From Tubiluchus corallicola (Eukaryota > Animalia > Priapulida), in the NCBI GenBank assembly GCA_030141605.1, contig JAQGDQ010001069.1, positions 1,535 through 65,534 on the forward strand: a DNA stretch of 64,000 nucleotides, given 5' to 3'. Numbering within the stretch: position 1 is the stretch's first letter; every line of letters begins with the position of its first letter. The notes under the pieces are model-generated. The model made no database searches, was not told the DNA's origin, and saw nothing but the letters and a program-made list of their open reading frames with translations. The position numbers and the translations under genes were made by a program. Shown piece by piece: positions 34,305-48,838 of this stretch.

Positions 34305-34956
34305 TAAATTCTAGTAATTTCTTAGCACAGATAATGCCGTATCAACCATTAAAAACCTTTTATTAAAATGCCTTTAAATTTGTGACTTCTATTTATGAAT
34401 GAGAATAAATTTTGATTATTTATGACGTAGGAATTGTATACTAGTATTCGTTATTTATTTGTATTGTGTGATTTATTACAGTTACATACTTCTTGATAGC
34501 TTGTGAATTATTATTATTATTATACAGTTTTCGGTTTTGCAGTTGTTAGCTCATTGTCCGTGAATGAAACTCACATGTTGATTTGTCTGTGAAGAATAAA
34601 GAAGATCTGTTTAAATTCTAAAACCGTTAGTGTTGTATTTACAAAACTCATTTTGACTCGCATTGCTATTTAATTCTATAATTTAAAAGTAATGCTACAA
34701 TAATACAGTATCATACTTTACTTAATCAGATATATAACAACAACCTCAGCAAAAATCTGCCTAGATACAAACGCGAGTTTTTTTTGTTTAGATACAGTCA
34801 TGTGAGACTAAAAAATTTTGTTACATGGGGGAAAACGTAGTAAAATTTGAAGTCTAATATTTGACAGAAAATATCTTCTTTGATGCCTGCATATAAAAAA
34901 AATGTATGGGTGGAACGTAAATCAAATCATTGGTCTTATGGCCATTAAATTGCAAT

Positions 34957-37900
34957 TCATAGCATTCCATGCTTTTCCATGTAAGCTCTCCTTGCGTTTT
35001 CGATCATCTCTGCTTTCCTCTCTTTGTAAGACTTCATCCTTTTCTCTGGTGATGTTGCCCAAGTTGATGAAGTGTTTTTCTAAACAGAACAAAAATTATA
35101 ATATCAAAGCAGTTCCTTAGTTGAATTAACTTTCTGAATTTTTCCTTTCTTTAATGCCGTGTCATTAATTAGTAAACACAATAATTCAAAGTAATACCGA
35201 ATACCAAGTAAAATTCCCCCTAAAATATACCGAATTCAGCGATACACTGAGTTTAAAGCACTGATTGCTTTCAGGATAATACATAATTATATATAGAAAC
35301 ATATATATTCCGAATCTGTCTGAGATGAATGATATTCCAAATTACCCAAGAGCAGAGTCTATCGTATACTCAACAAGGTTTTACCAAAGAATGTGGTTCT
35401 CTTTAAATCCAAAAAACAAACAGGATATCTGTTGAAATCAGTGGCATAATGTTTGTAGCCCTGCCCTTTTAATATTTTGATCAATTGTTTCATGAGTGAA
35501 GCCGCAAATTGCGCCCGTATTTTGTGACCCTGAGCCTCACTTTCCTTTTTTGAAATGATGGTATAAAGATAAATAAATTTTTTCTAAGAATCATCTGAGT
35601 TTGATTTGTGGTACTACACTAGGATAACTCTTCTATGATGTATGTAGTAATTAAGTCTGTTACGATGACCTCTGACTAGGTAATTTTGTTGTAGTTTGAA
35701 AACTTTTGTTAATTGCCTTGTTTATGTCGGATTAGTAATTAATAATTAACAGTCATTGAACTCTAGAAGAATTTTGTGTTGGAACGATTGCCACTGTCGC
35801 CCCACACATTGCTATATCTCTGGTTGAAAGTTAACACTTACATCACATTTCACTATTGCAGGTGTCTCTTCGGGTTGAGTTAAAGCTTCATAATTCACTC
35901 TCCCTTCGATTAAATTTGTAATAGTGTCATCTACACTGTTTGTTTTAGCTACAAAATAAAATAAAATTTACTACGAACAAATAAGCACTTTTACTGATTT
36001 ACTGATAAAAAGATGTTAAAAGTGGATAAAGAAACTAGTGGCAAGTAGACAATGAAATAATACAGATTAAATAAAAAATACCTAAATCTTTAAGGATGGT
36101 TTCTTGGGGTACTTGTGGTAAAACTTCTTTAACCTGTTTTGACATTTGCCTAATTTCTTCAGAATAAATTGGAAGTGACTGCTTCTTTTTTGAGCTATGA
36201 ACTGTCGACCTGCTTCCTACAAATAAAAACATGACACACCTGTATGAAAAAATAGAGAAATCTAAAGAAAATGATTCTGTTCCATATAATTTGTTTCAAG
36301 ACCACATTGAGTCAACTGGATTTTTAACCTTGTGGACTTAAGATGACACTATTCATCAAATACGACACGCTTAATTTACAATTTAATTAGCAGCACTAAT
36401 AAACTATAAAAGTTTGACTTGAATTAAATACCTAAAATAGCTGCAACTTTTTCACTCTATGGATGTGATTGTTCATAGTTCACATGTCAAGATATATTTT
36501 GCAACATGGACAAAGTTTTTTCATGTTGGACTGGTTGCCTACAAGTCTGTCATAAATTCTAAATAAATTCCAGTAAAAGACAAACATTTGCTAATGTATA
36601 AAAAAGCAAGAAATGAAAAATGTCTACCAGTCCACATTTGAAGAAAAATGAATTTCGCAAGATAATATTTTCTAGTTCTTACAGCTACCTTAATGTCTTA
36701 CTGCATATCACATTAGTCATCATTAGTTTTCTATGAGGTACAGACACCATCAATGTTATGCTTTGCGAACTCTATATAAAAAGATGTGAGTCATGAAATA
36801 GAATAGTTGTGAAAGACAAAATTTTATATCCAAACGTCACAAAAAAATTTCTTACTGTAGGGCTATTTTTACAATTTTTGATCTGTATAATGACACAAAA
36901 CAGAAAATGTTCTTGTCTTCTCACAATCATCCCAATTATTCATGCCAATTTATTATCAATACAACGTCTATAAAAAAAGTCAGAAATTGCTTATACCTGT
37001 TGAAACTAAATGCCTCTTCACAAACTCTACTTTGTCAGCACTGTTGTACTTGGTAGGTGTTACATTAAGTTCAGCGGCCATTAACGCTTGAATACGAGCA
37101 GCAAAATCTTCCATAGTTTCATCACTTCCTTTCACATGCACTGGCAGTATTCTGCAACATTTTGTCACGTGGAACTGGATTAGATTAACTTAGCGTAACA
37201 TTAGACTGAAAATATTTAGCTTAAACTTGACTATATTATTGTTTAGTATAAAAGAATTAGTAGCACAAAAATAAATACAAAGAGTTATCCAGAAAAAAAT
37301 AATATGGAAACAGAAACAGACCATTGAGGATAAGATAAAGATATCTGGGTTAGTTGAATGATAATAAAAATAGAATGAAAATTATGATCACAAAGCAAGG
37401 ACGTACAGTTAAAGTGAAAAAATCTAAACAGGATCCTAAAAGAAAAATAGTGAAACCAAGACAGTTACTCAGGATCAAAATGAATTAGAAAGCATTCTAA
37501 TTATCATTAAATACCAAAAATTTTTAACACGTTTATTTAGCACATTTTCACAAATAAATGGCAAAGTGTGCTAGCTTTCCGGTTACTCAGTGATCATTAA
37601 AATAATCATTTACTCATTTAGAAAAGTCACATATAACATTGTAGCATGCAGGGAAGCATTAATTTTAAACTGCCATTGTTTTGATGCGAAAAAAACTTAA
37701 AAAGCCGTTATAGCTAAAATCGAAATTTTTTAGGTCTAGTCACATTAGTATTTTTTTACATTTTTCGCTTCTTTTTATCTTAAGGATTGTATTATGCTGT
37801 ACTACACAAAAGTGTGGAATATGTTGCTTATTTTCGTAACTACTGACTATTAAGAACTTTTACTGGCGGACTTACTACATATTGATTACTACATACCTGG

Positions 37901-40900
37901 AGCAGATACAGGGCAGGATTATCCTACAGGCTAGTATAGCCTGCAGCTTAGGGCCCCTGAAGTTTGGAGGGCCCTCAAACGATGGTAACATTTTGTACAA
38001 AATCTGTTTTTTCACTATGGTTGTTTTGAAATATGTACTAATTTGGTTTACAATAAATGTAAAATAGTGATGCTTCTTAAAAAATATTTTAATTGACAAA
38101 CAAAAGACAGCTATTCTAGTTTATTTAAAGAATTTACAATAAGTTTAGTTCAAGGTATGTAAATGTTGCTAAAATATATCAAGAGTAAAAAATATTCAAG
38201 ACAGGTGTGGGGAGTTAGAGGGTGGTTCCCTCTGAAGTGGCCCTATAATTTCATTACCTTACGGTCCCGAAAGGTCATAATCCGGGTCTGGGCACATATT
38301 ATCTAATGATTATAGTGACGACATAGATATTGTTAACCAGTTAAGATTATTCTATGCAAGAGCTAATACACTATGTCATAAATTTCCTCATTGTTCAAAG
38401 GAAGTAAAAAGTATCTTGTTCAAATCGTATTGCAGTGGAAATTATTGTAGCAGCATATGTATATCCTATAGGAGATATAATATTGCAAAAATCAGATCAG
38501 CGCATAATGTTGCTCTTAGTAAATTTTTTAAATATTGCGAATTACGTACAAGAGCATCTTATACATGTGCACATAATATTGTCCACACTTAAAAGTATTA
38601 GTAAGGAAGAGCTGCTATAGTTTAAAAAATCGGTACACTTGCAAGTAAAAATGGCATTCTAGTTAATGGCGGTACAGACTCTGATGTGGTATTTGAGTCA
38701 CTAATTTTTAAAGACTAGTGAAACATATTATGTGATGATTTCAAGTTGTAAATTGTTAGGCAAAGCATTTTTAAAATGTATTTTAGACGCTCAGTTAGTG
38801 TTTTAAATCTGTTTTATCAATAATGTTATGTGTGTTGTAAATATATATGTAATATAGTACTATGTGTACTGAATTAAAATAAAAAAAAATAAAAAAGTAA
38901 AAAAATTGAATATCACGAAGAAATCCCATATTCAACAAGGATAACTGTATTGTACATTTCCATGTATTTAAAAAACAAATAGGTATAATGAATTACAAAC
39001 TTTGGATACCTGAGCTGGAAGTGCGTGTATGGGACAAAAGCAAACCATGCCAGATCAGTCCACCATCGACTGCCAATGGGAGACTGAAAAATATTCCAGC
39101 ATAAGCTAAAAAAGTGAACAAGTATAAAGTTATTCTTTTAAAATTTTAATTTAAAAATTAATTTTAAAAATTTAATGTCAAAATTTTGAACAGTCTCAAA
39201 ACAGTTTACATACAATCACGTCGAAGTTAAAAACTAACCACTGCTCAGAAATAACATAACTATAAATGAAATGAATTCAAACTTACCGTTGCTATGTCCA
39301 CAAACGGTGGCCTGCTCGTGGTGATTAATATCTAGAAAAAAATGTAAATCAAATGGTATCACATTTATGACATTTATGATTGTCTTTAGATGAACATGAA
39401 TTGGAAAAATGTTAATACCTGTTGTGTATATTTCTTTGCCAACCCCAATTATAAAGTGGCATTGCGACAGATGTTGAAGTAAGTTGAACATAACAGTTGT
39501 GCACTGCGACAAAGTTTACTATTTGTTCACTGCGACCAAGTTTACTATCCTGACACTCATCAAAAAGGTCTTTTCAACTGCCATTATGTTAAAAAAGATA
39601 TATATAGTTTGTGTAGACGTGAAGTCATTGTGTTACAGTGAAACAAACATGAAAACTAAAAACAAATTTCAAAATTTCTTAAACATAACTTATACCACAA
39701 AAAATAAGTTCAAGTTATACATACCGGTTGTAGAGGAAGATCCAAGGAGAATGGCCATGAACTGCAAATGGTAAATTAACAAAGCATTAGAAATTTAGTA
39801 AACATATACAATCTAGAAAACATATTGGTAAAACAATTATAATTAGCATCGTCGAAGTTTGATGATTTGAGCTTGAAGATTAGCAACAAAAAGCCAGTAA
39901 AATAAACAAAAGATCATAAATGTATATACTAGCAAAGCGCCAATTATACCATGGCTAGCCACAACAAAATGGTAATCTCAGTTCACGTAAGCAAAATAGA
40001 TTAGAGATAAATGTAACACACCAACAAGAAGCTTTCATTGCTTTCATAATACATTATGTTGCTGGGCAAATGAAACACTAATATTTTGTGAGCAAATTTG
40101 AGATGACAAAACGCAAAACAAACTTCTTATGTGCATGGTAGTTAAACAGAATCCCTTCCATCATGATGATGGACAAATCAAAGCATTTATATAATTGTGC
40201 TACATACATATGTACATGCCAATATACCTAAAAAGCTGAACTTGTGAGTTGTTGGAATTAATTTGCAAGAAAATATTGTATAGCTCTTACAATCAGTGAA
40301 CTGGCAATTCGCCTAGTTAGCAGAAACTTTGAATATGCTACAGGAAAACGTATAATGTATGAGTTACAGATCAAAGCACATATTATCATCATGTGCCAAT
40401 CACGTATATTGTAGATTGTAGACAATGGGCAGGCCAAACTTTAAAATAAAAGAAATCTGCCCTCAAGACAGGCAAACACAGCAGCAATTAAGCAAAAAAC
40501 TAAACACTATTAAGCCAGTGGCTTGTCAGCACCACTTCCGATATAAAAGCACATACTGAAGTTTAGCATTAACAGCAAAAAGAACAATATTATTGTATTT
40601 CATAAACTGAGTATTTGTGCTTTTTATTTTAATATTATTGTATTAGTTTACCTGAATTTTAAAAGACCCTTTTTTCCACTTGTAGAAGCACCCTCTGGAT
40701 AACTGAGAATAGGTACTTCAGATTCTATATGAGAGAAAGAGCAAGAATGTGGATCAGAGAGTTAGAACTTCTTCATTCTGTGTTCGAAGCAGCACTCTTT
40801 CATTTGTTCAAGATGTTTTAAATGGCTTAAGCAGAAACGATTTTTAAAAAATCAGCAGTTAAATGACATTCTATAATATCTATGTTGTAAATGCAAGTAA

Positions 40901-43900
40901 CCCAATGAATGTATTTATTACAATAATTCGAAATAAATCATTTATATTAGTGGGAAAGCAAGATTTCTTGAACATTGAAGATAGTACACTCATATCTCAA
41001 TTTGCCGGACCTCACTTTTACGGATATCGCAAGAATTGGACAAAATCTGGACCATTAAAAAGTCCCTCATACTACGGACACAGGTCGCTGTTTCGCCAGC
41101 TGACAGCTAGTTAGCAGGCTGTCACTTTTTTTACAGCATTACATCAATATAACCAAACACTTAATAATACATCTACATATATTATAGTGCACAAAAGCGA
41201 CTTCACTAAGATGATATAAACATAGTTAAAGCTCATTTTGTGTGACATTTGGTCACACAAAAGTGTATTATTTAAACAGGTGCAGAAAAAAATATAGAAT
41301 CAATTATGAAGAGTTATTTGAGTCAATTGCCGACAGTTTTTATATACCTTTGTACATGAGCAGCCCATACTAGACGTTTTTGAGACAATTAGGCAATTGA
41401 TTCTACATTACCGTGAGTCTAATACACAGTCCCTACTGTTTTAGTTGAAATTTACCTGAAAAATGCTTTTTCACGTTTCTAAGAAGAGTTTCCCTTCCGT
41501 TACGAACACCTAGATCTCTGTAACCAAGAGCCCAGTTCAATAATTCTGGTAAGTCCCAAACACTTGGCTGAAAATATTTAAAGTCAAACTAAACCTTCAC
41601 TATAATGTAGGCCTTTACAACCTAAAATTCTACTGTCAAGACGAATGTTCAATATATTTTTTGTGAACGTACTGTAAAACTTGTTTCTTTTGATTTTTTA
41701 TCCATCTTTAACGGTATTAAATTTGAAGAGCAACCAATTTTTATTGAATGACATACTGAGTGCAGTCATGAGGTCACTAAAAATCAGTAAACAAACATCG
41801 GTAATCAAAGACAGTTTCTATACCTCGTACGTCATTCTCGTTTCAAAAACTGTACACAGTTCAACAGCCAAATTTTCGATCCTTCTAAAGGTGAATCACC
41901 TGCATAACTAAAAACAATGAAATGTTTTGTCCAAATATAGGTAAATTATAGTGCCAGAGTGACAGTCCTACATTATAATAGGACAGAGAACGACAAATCC
42001 TTGAAAAGGTTCAAGGTCAAAGACCAGTTACAAATAAAACACTGTAAGGAATTAAGCTATCAAACTTGGACAGCATACTTCACCAGACTGGGAACAGATT
42101 TCAATGTGATAGTTTGTTACCTTGAGTGGATAATTCAAGATCAAGGGTCATTTACAACTGAAAAAATCTGTAAGGAACCGAACTTGAGTCACTTAGAGAA
42201 GCAGACGGTCAACGGTCTTAGTGAGGCAACTGGGGGGAGGGGGGGGGGGGTGAGCTTCACCTGATTTTTCAATATGACGGTCAAATGCAATCCAGAAAAT
42301 GTGTGAAATTTGGCAAGCACACTTGGGTGGCTTACAGTACAAAATGAGAGACAGATTCTAACGAAGTAACTGGAGATATTGAGGTGTTTGCTTTTAATCG
42401 GTTAGTCAGTGAGTGAACATGAATCTTTCTGTCAATAAATACCTCAAAAATAAGTTAAAGGAACCTACTCTAAAAAAACAAGTTAAGGGAACAGCACAAA
42501 AGCACCAATGCATAATTAAGACACTAAAGATATCAATTAATCAATTAATTCTGTAGTCCCTGACCACTGCTTTTTAACACATATCTTAGGTGACTCTTAA
42601 CACTTTTCAAATAGTAACTAAATATACATATATATCTCAAGGTACAAATACAAACAAAATTCCCAAAAAATTTTGTACAAGTTTCCAGAAACTGACTTTA
42701 ACTATCGTTACAAAGATATAATATTGTGTGACTACTGACCAGCTAAAAATATATTATTGGAGAAAAAACAGTGTTACAAATATTTGCAATTTAGCCACAT
42801 TTAACTACTGCAAAAATATAAGAACAAACTGCATATTTCAGAAAGAGAATATACAAACCAGACCTACCAAAATATTTGGTATAACTAGATCAATGGCGAG
42901 ATGATCCAATGGTGTTATGTGATTGCAGATAATTACTTTTGTAGATTTTGACCTGTTATGCGAGTTCTTTTGAGAAACAATAACGCCCAACACAGCACAC
43001 ATCACCCGCAGTATTACACTGAAAAAATATAAAGTAAATAAAACAAAAAGCATTCACAATCATAATTGTTAAAATTTAGCCCCCACTGCTGGCTTTAGCT
43101 CTTGATTCAAAGGCATTTTAATTTAGTTTGTTAGTGCTATTTATTCGTACTCACTAAAGTTAAAATCAGCACTGGGAAAGGTAAAACACAATTTGCCCAC
43201 TCAAAGTAAGAAAAATGTATGTACATGTATAATATACAGTTTTAACTAGTATGTAGATAATTCTCAATTTCTATAGCTGGATTTACTGGCTATCATTGGA
43301 TAATTAATATATGCATAAGGCTATATGACTCTTGCATCCTTATTTTCCTGTTTGAAAGTTCTTCTCTTTCTATATTTTCTTCGCTTTTACTTATCAAATT
43401 ATGTAAGTTTATTGTCTAAGAGGTGCAAACAATACATAAAATTTGTATATATTTTACGAGCTCAGAGAAATTTGGTTTTTGACTTCTGATTTGCCCTTAC
43501 TTGTCTACCAATATGTTCTCTAATTTACATGAGAACAAAATTTGCACAAGTTCGAGTAGCCAAATCTTGATGTTCTCAAAATTTTTCCCGTTTGAAGCGC
43601 TAAAGTTGACAACATCAGCTGTGAAAAGTGGGTAACCAATCAATAGAAAAATCACTGCTGGATCAATCTGAAGATAGCAAAGCTGTGCAGCTCATTTGGT
43701 AAATGGCTTACACAGGTTCAGTTCAACAAATTTATTCCAGACACCCTAGTCAAGTTTTGACTAGGAAGCTGATTTTTTTACTGAAAGCGCCTGCCATGGC
43801 AGCAGTAATTATTATCATTAACAGCTTGCTAATTAGCAACATACAGTAGCAAGTCAATTAATAAGCTGATTACACGTCATTAGTACATCTATTGCATATC

Positions 43901-45461
43901 TTTTTATTTACGGTTGGAATGCTTAGGCATAACTGAGCGAAAGGGACCCGAAAAGACTTTTGTTAAAATCAGAATTGGACCTGTTATCCACTGAACCACA
44001 GTGGCTTAGTTGGAGGAGCACAAGAGTGCCTTATAAGCAGTAGTCACACTTACTCCTAGCTCAAAATTTTTTGGACATTATTCAATGTTGAGGAATCATA
44101 TCAGCATAAAATATCATAACACAGTTACACGAATTAGCCAATTAAATAACCAGCTAAATACATCACATAAGTAAATTTATAAAATAATGTTAAAAACTAA
44201 AATGCAAAGATTTTCACTTTAGATATAAAAACCTAAGCAAACTAAATAGATATTTGTCAAGATCTAGGCCATACAAGTAGATTTCAGCTGACGAAGTTTG
44301 TGAAGAGCAAAAGTTCTTGGAAAAATAAGTTTTTGAGATTTAAAGGGCACCCTGTCTTCCTTATGATTATGACCATGGCAAGTTTCAGAACAGCACTATC
44401 TTATTTTCCAGGTATTAGTCAAATCATTCAGTATACTACAACAAATATAAAAATATTATACTTTTTTAGAAATTAAATAATCAGTATGCATTAATTACCT
44501 TCTAGCAAGTGACATTTTGGGAAGCAAGCAGGATACTATGAACACATGGATTCCAATAAATAACCTTAAAACTACAAGGATAAGACCAACCGGACTATAT
44601 AACAGGAAAGCTGCAAACTTCCATCCTGAGGGATACCTAAAAATAAACATTCTATAAAAACTTGTGTTCAAAAAATTTATTTTTAGGACACTAATTGTTA
44701 TTTACATTGAAAATGCTCTATTACGAGGAACAAAATGTCTGTCAAAATAAACAAACTTATACCCAGTTTTCCTTTTTTAAATACAGGTAATTATAGTTTT
44801 GTAACACCAACTATGAGATGATATAGGATTATTGATTTTTTCCTCTGTATTTAATTTTGTATTTAAGCTTTGTTTCTCTGAGAATACTTCCTTGTTCCTG
44901 AAAAACACTAAGGAGGTTGCTCTTGAGCATCGCATTTGGAGGAAACATACACATAGTTTTTCTGTACTTCCTAGATTTAGTGATGGATAGTAGCCATTAC
45001 AAAAAACTAAAGGTGAGACAGAAAGCGAAACACTAACACTCACTTATGCTCAAGCAGAGACTTCTAAGCTGCCTCCATGATTTGGCATATTTAGTATACA
45101 GGAAACCGTAACTTATCACTATAGTATTTCGCTTTGGACTGAATATCAAATAGGGTTCTTTAGTTTTGGAATATCACAACCTAAACGTTGGGAGTAAACA
45201 AAAATGGTAGCGCTCAATCCTATAGTTCAATCTGTTTCTGTTGACTTAACTACTGTTAACTCTGTCAACACTACACGATCAAGAGAAAACCACAATACAC
45301 TGGACTGCAATAACAGAAAAATCTTTTAATTTTTTAGCAAATGCATGTGGGCATGTTAACCAGGCTGAATACAACTGATAAAATTGAAACAAGATAACAA
45401 TCAATGGTTTCTTCACTTACCTAGAATGCTCAAATAACGTTTCGATAGCTACATTTGCCAT
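34957..45461 (-). CDS. AUP1: AUP1 (ancient ubiquitous protein 1; lipid droplet/ERAD factor), 12 coding exons, 396 aa
   Basis: complement(join 45421-45461, 44499-44636, 42868-43018, 41456-41567, 40652-40724, 39725-39761, 39287-39331, 39010-39083, 36997-37151, 36082-36216, 35842-35948, 34957-35079) = 1191 nt, phases consistent. Hydrophobic LLYSPVGLILVVLRLFIGIHVF, acyltransferase-like NHITPLD (HX4D) and YPEG, CUE domain QVKEVLPQVP...KDLAKTNSVDDTITNLIEG, G2BR-like ERKAEMIENARR. Confidence 0.95.
37909..38290 (-). mobile_element. hAT-type MITE, copy 2 (same family as 18861-19216)
   Basis: TIRs CAGGGCAGGATTAT / ATAATCCGGGTCTG; degenerate 8-bp TSD AGCAGATA / GGCACATA; body aligns to the reverse complement of copy 1. 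Confidence 0.8.
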
Positions 45462-45749
45462 TGCGATGAGTCTTATTTTTAGACTTCAGCATGGAGAAAA
45501 TCTGTAACAACAAAGCAAAATAAGACACATGAAAAAAGATCATTCAAACATTGCTTATAACCTGTAAGAAGGCTTCAAAGAAAAGTATAGAAATGAAATT
45601 ATAATGCTTATTAATAGAATAAGTATGGAGAATAGAGAACAGAATCATTTTTCTAAGCTGGGAAACTATTAGATTCGGTTTATGAAAGTAAAATGGTATG
45701 TACAGTTATTGCAATGATTGTCGTTAACTATTACGATATTGCCTGATAT

Positions 45750-47820
45750 TTAAACTGCTGCAGCCCTCAATTTATCATTAACTGTAGAGATGCAAAATAA
45801 AAGCAGCAAGGGCTCCCAGAAAGTCAGGCTTATGGGAATGCTTGCAAAAATGGAAAAATATTAGCTGCTTGATTAGTGATAGGGAATTACTAATCAAGAA
45901 GTGTTTGGCAATTTAAAAAAACAAACAACTTTGAACACTTAAAGTAACTCTAAGCCATTAATTCTGTTTAGGTAATTCGTAACTGAAGGAGACTCACTCC
46001 AACATTTCTACAGCAACTTATCACCCATTTTCTAGCAAGGGTAGCTGAGACAATAAATGTAATTATTGGCCAAATTGTCTTGCAGTGAGCAGATCCTGGA
46101 GAAGATAGTTAGGAACAAGGACCAAATGTGTGTGACTACTTCACTGCTTCTCATTTACTTTGTGATTCACAGTATGGGTTTGTAAAATGAAGCTCTTGCA
46201 TTCTTAAAGAAAGGCAGGATGATTTTTTCATATACTACCCCATTTTCAAATCCGATAAAAAGTATACATTTTAACACAACTAATACTGCAAAAATGTTTC
46301 TGATAATTAAATAATAGATTAAAAATTTAATTAACGGCAGGGTGCGCCCAACTATTTATGACATCACAAACCAACATAATTTTCAACAGCAAAAATATTC
46401 CACGAGCATGTTGCACGTGTTTGCGAGAGTGAAATTGATGTACAACACTACTGAAAGATATTCAGTGTGTTGTACCAAAACTAGGCAAGTTTAAAGATAA
46501 AAATTCAAATTTCAAAATTACTGTTGTGCTCATGCTTGAGCAGTCAAATGCGTGTAGTTTATCACAAACTAACACAGCTGAACTGAGAGGTACAGCACCT
46601 GTACTTTTGTGCAATGAATTTGCAAAATGCAGGTGCTAGTGCCCGTCTAACTAGCGAATGGCAAAATGCATGTAACAGTGAAGAACTAGTGACGCAAACA
46701 TTAAATTGTGTTTGTGTATTAAAAATTCTTTCACATGAGTCATTTTTGAAAGAATAGTTATGTTTCCTTTCAATATTTTAAAGAGTAGACTGTTTTGACC
46801 TACAGCTTAAGACTGGTTACGCTTTTATTCTAATCTGCTATATCTGCTCATTGACTGGCAAGAATTAGTCAAATAGGGGCTAATGTAGATGTTATATTTT
46901 ATGACTTTCAGAAAACCTTTGATAAAGTGCCACACCGGAATCTACTGCAGGCTAGTTATTTTGCATACTGGCAAACTGCATAGTTCGATTTTAGACTTTT
47001 TGAAATTTTGAACCAAATATCTAAAACTGAACTCAAGCTGCTCTTCCAATGTCACGGTCAAGAGTGGTATAGTCCAAGGAAGTGTCCTTAAACCACTACA
47101 ATTCCTTGTTTTTATAAATAATTTGAATGGATGGATGAATGGTCAAGTGAATGACTAATGCATGCTGATACAGAGAAATCTAGGGTATTCCATCTAGAGA
47201 GAAGGAGAGTTCGAGATTTACATACAAAATGAAAAACTCGCCAGATCATACAGCACCAGTCTCTGCAACAGACAAACATGAGAACTTGGGAGCACATTTT
47301 GATAATGAGTTCATTTCCTCTGCTATAAATAATGAAATTACAAAAGTCAGAAAACATTTTTGGATGAGCAAATGGTCATCTACTTACTTTGATGTAAGTA
47401 TGGTTCTTATATTCCACTACCTTTACAGACCAATGAACTTATTCTGGACCATGGTGATGTCATCAGAAATCCTGCTAAACTAGAGCACATATAGAATGCA
47501 TTTGCAATACAACAAAAGGCAACAAAAGTATAGCTTCCATACGCACAAAGAATGCAAAATCACAATTTTCATCACTTGGATTTACGCGTCAAACACAGGA
47601 CCAAACTTATAATATTTACAGAACATTGAACAACTACACCAAACTGAATCCATCAAAATATTCAGCTAATCAAACTCAGACAAGCTGGAGCGAAAAGGAT
47701 GAAACACAGGTGCAAAAACAAAAACAGATTCATCATTATGAACTGTCAGTGACAGGAGCTCGGAAAATTGCTAGTGTGTGTGGACTGCTAAAGACTCACT
47801 TCTGGGAAATAACTAAATTT
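45750..47820 (+). mobile_element. Degenerate CR1-like LINE RT, split by a MITE
   Basis: RT motifs in order: NYWP..ILEKI, QYGFVK*SSC (about 46170), [insertion 46204-46810], SNLL..GANVDVIFYDFQKTFDKVPH (about 46880), SGIVQGSVLKPLQFLVFINNL (about 47065), HADT, NLGAHFDNE. Many stops and frameshifts; boundaries approximate. Confidence 0.8.
46204..46810 (+). mobile_element. TTAA-flanked MITE (Kolobok-like), copy A
   Basis: TTAA-AG...GC-TTAA ends; interrupts a LINE; homologous to 54105-54656 (inverted) and 56320-56600. Confidence 0.7.
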
Positions 47821-48024
47821 TAAGTTTTATGTTTTTTCAAATCAGTTTATTTCACCAGCAAACAAGCAATTGCAATAATACAAATATACATGTACAACTT
47901 TTTTGTATAATTTTGTAAAATAGAACAAATTAATATCATAGTCGACCTGTGTTTGCCACGAGAAAACTCGACAAACTACACGGGGAACAATGTACCAAGC
48001 ACGACAACAACATCCAGATTGTTA

Positions 48025-48838
48025 GAGCGGAGTATGACACTAGCTGAAATAGGACAATTGGCATACATGGGCTAGCCCAAGTAGGACACGTCGTACATGG
48101 GCTAGCCGAAGTAGGACACTAGAGACAGGTCACGAATTGAGCCGTTAACCATACTGGCAGCATCTGATGTCTTTGTTTATTTAATAATAATAATTGAAAA
48201 TATCAGTACACGTTGAATAATTTACTATACAGCTGATAAAATAAAATAATCTTATTCTGAGCTAGTAGAATTGCCAGTATTACATTTGGCTGTCAAATAT
48301 TAATCTTTTGAAGTGAATTAAGCCCGCTTTTTAAGGCGATTCCAACATTTGCTTAAAGTATATCATTTTTATTTTGTCTTACTTCACAGACAGGTGATCA
48401 GTTTCACTATCTCTTGGACAAATATTTGTTTTCTACTAAGTAAAAGGGCTACTGAGCTATATGCCCTACATAGTTTCTCTCCTTTAAGCATTAGCTACTT
48501 AGTTTAATGTTATGATGATATTAATGGAGCTAATAATAATGATGATGTTATTGTCAAAAATACATTTGTAAATTTTCAAGGACCATCCATCATTATTATA
48601 AAGTTACTTTTTTGTTTATATTTATAATTCTCAAGGACCATTCATTATTATTATAAAGTTACTTTTTTTCTAAAACAAATTTAGTTTTATTATGTCATAA
48701 TTCTCGATTCTTGACAGAAATTGCCAGTGACCTACTTGGGCTGCCCATGTGTGACACTACTTTTGTGCAAATTTAGCACATGCACTTTAGCAGAGTGTCT
48801 TACACTTCCTACTTCGGCTAGTGGTGTACTCTGCGCCC
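48025..48838. mobile_element. Non-autonomous TIR element with subterminal repeats
   Basis: Left end has tandem TACATGGGCTAGCC(C/G)AAGTAGGACAC units (about 48064-48119); right end has the inverted motifs CCTACTTGGGCT (48732) and TCCTACTTCGGCTAGTG (48807). No TSD seen. Confidence 0.6.
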
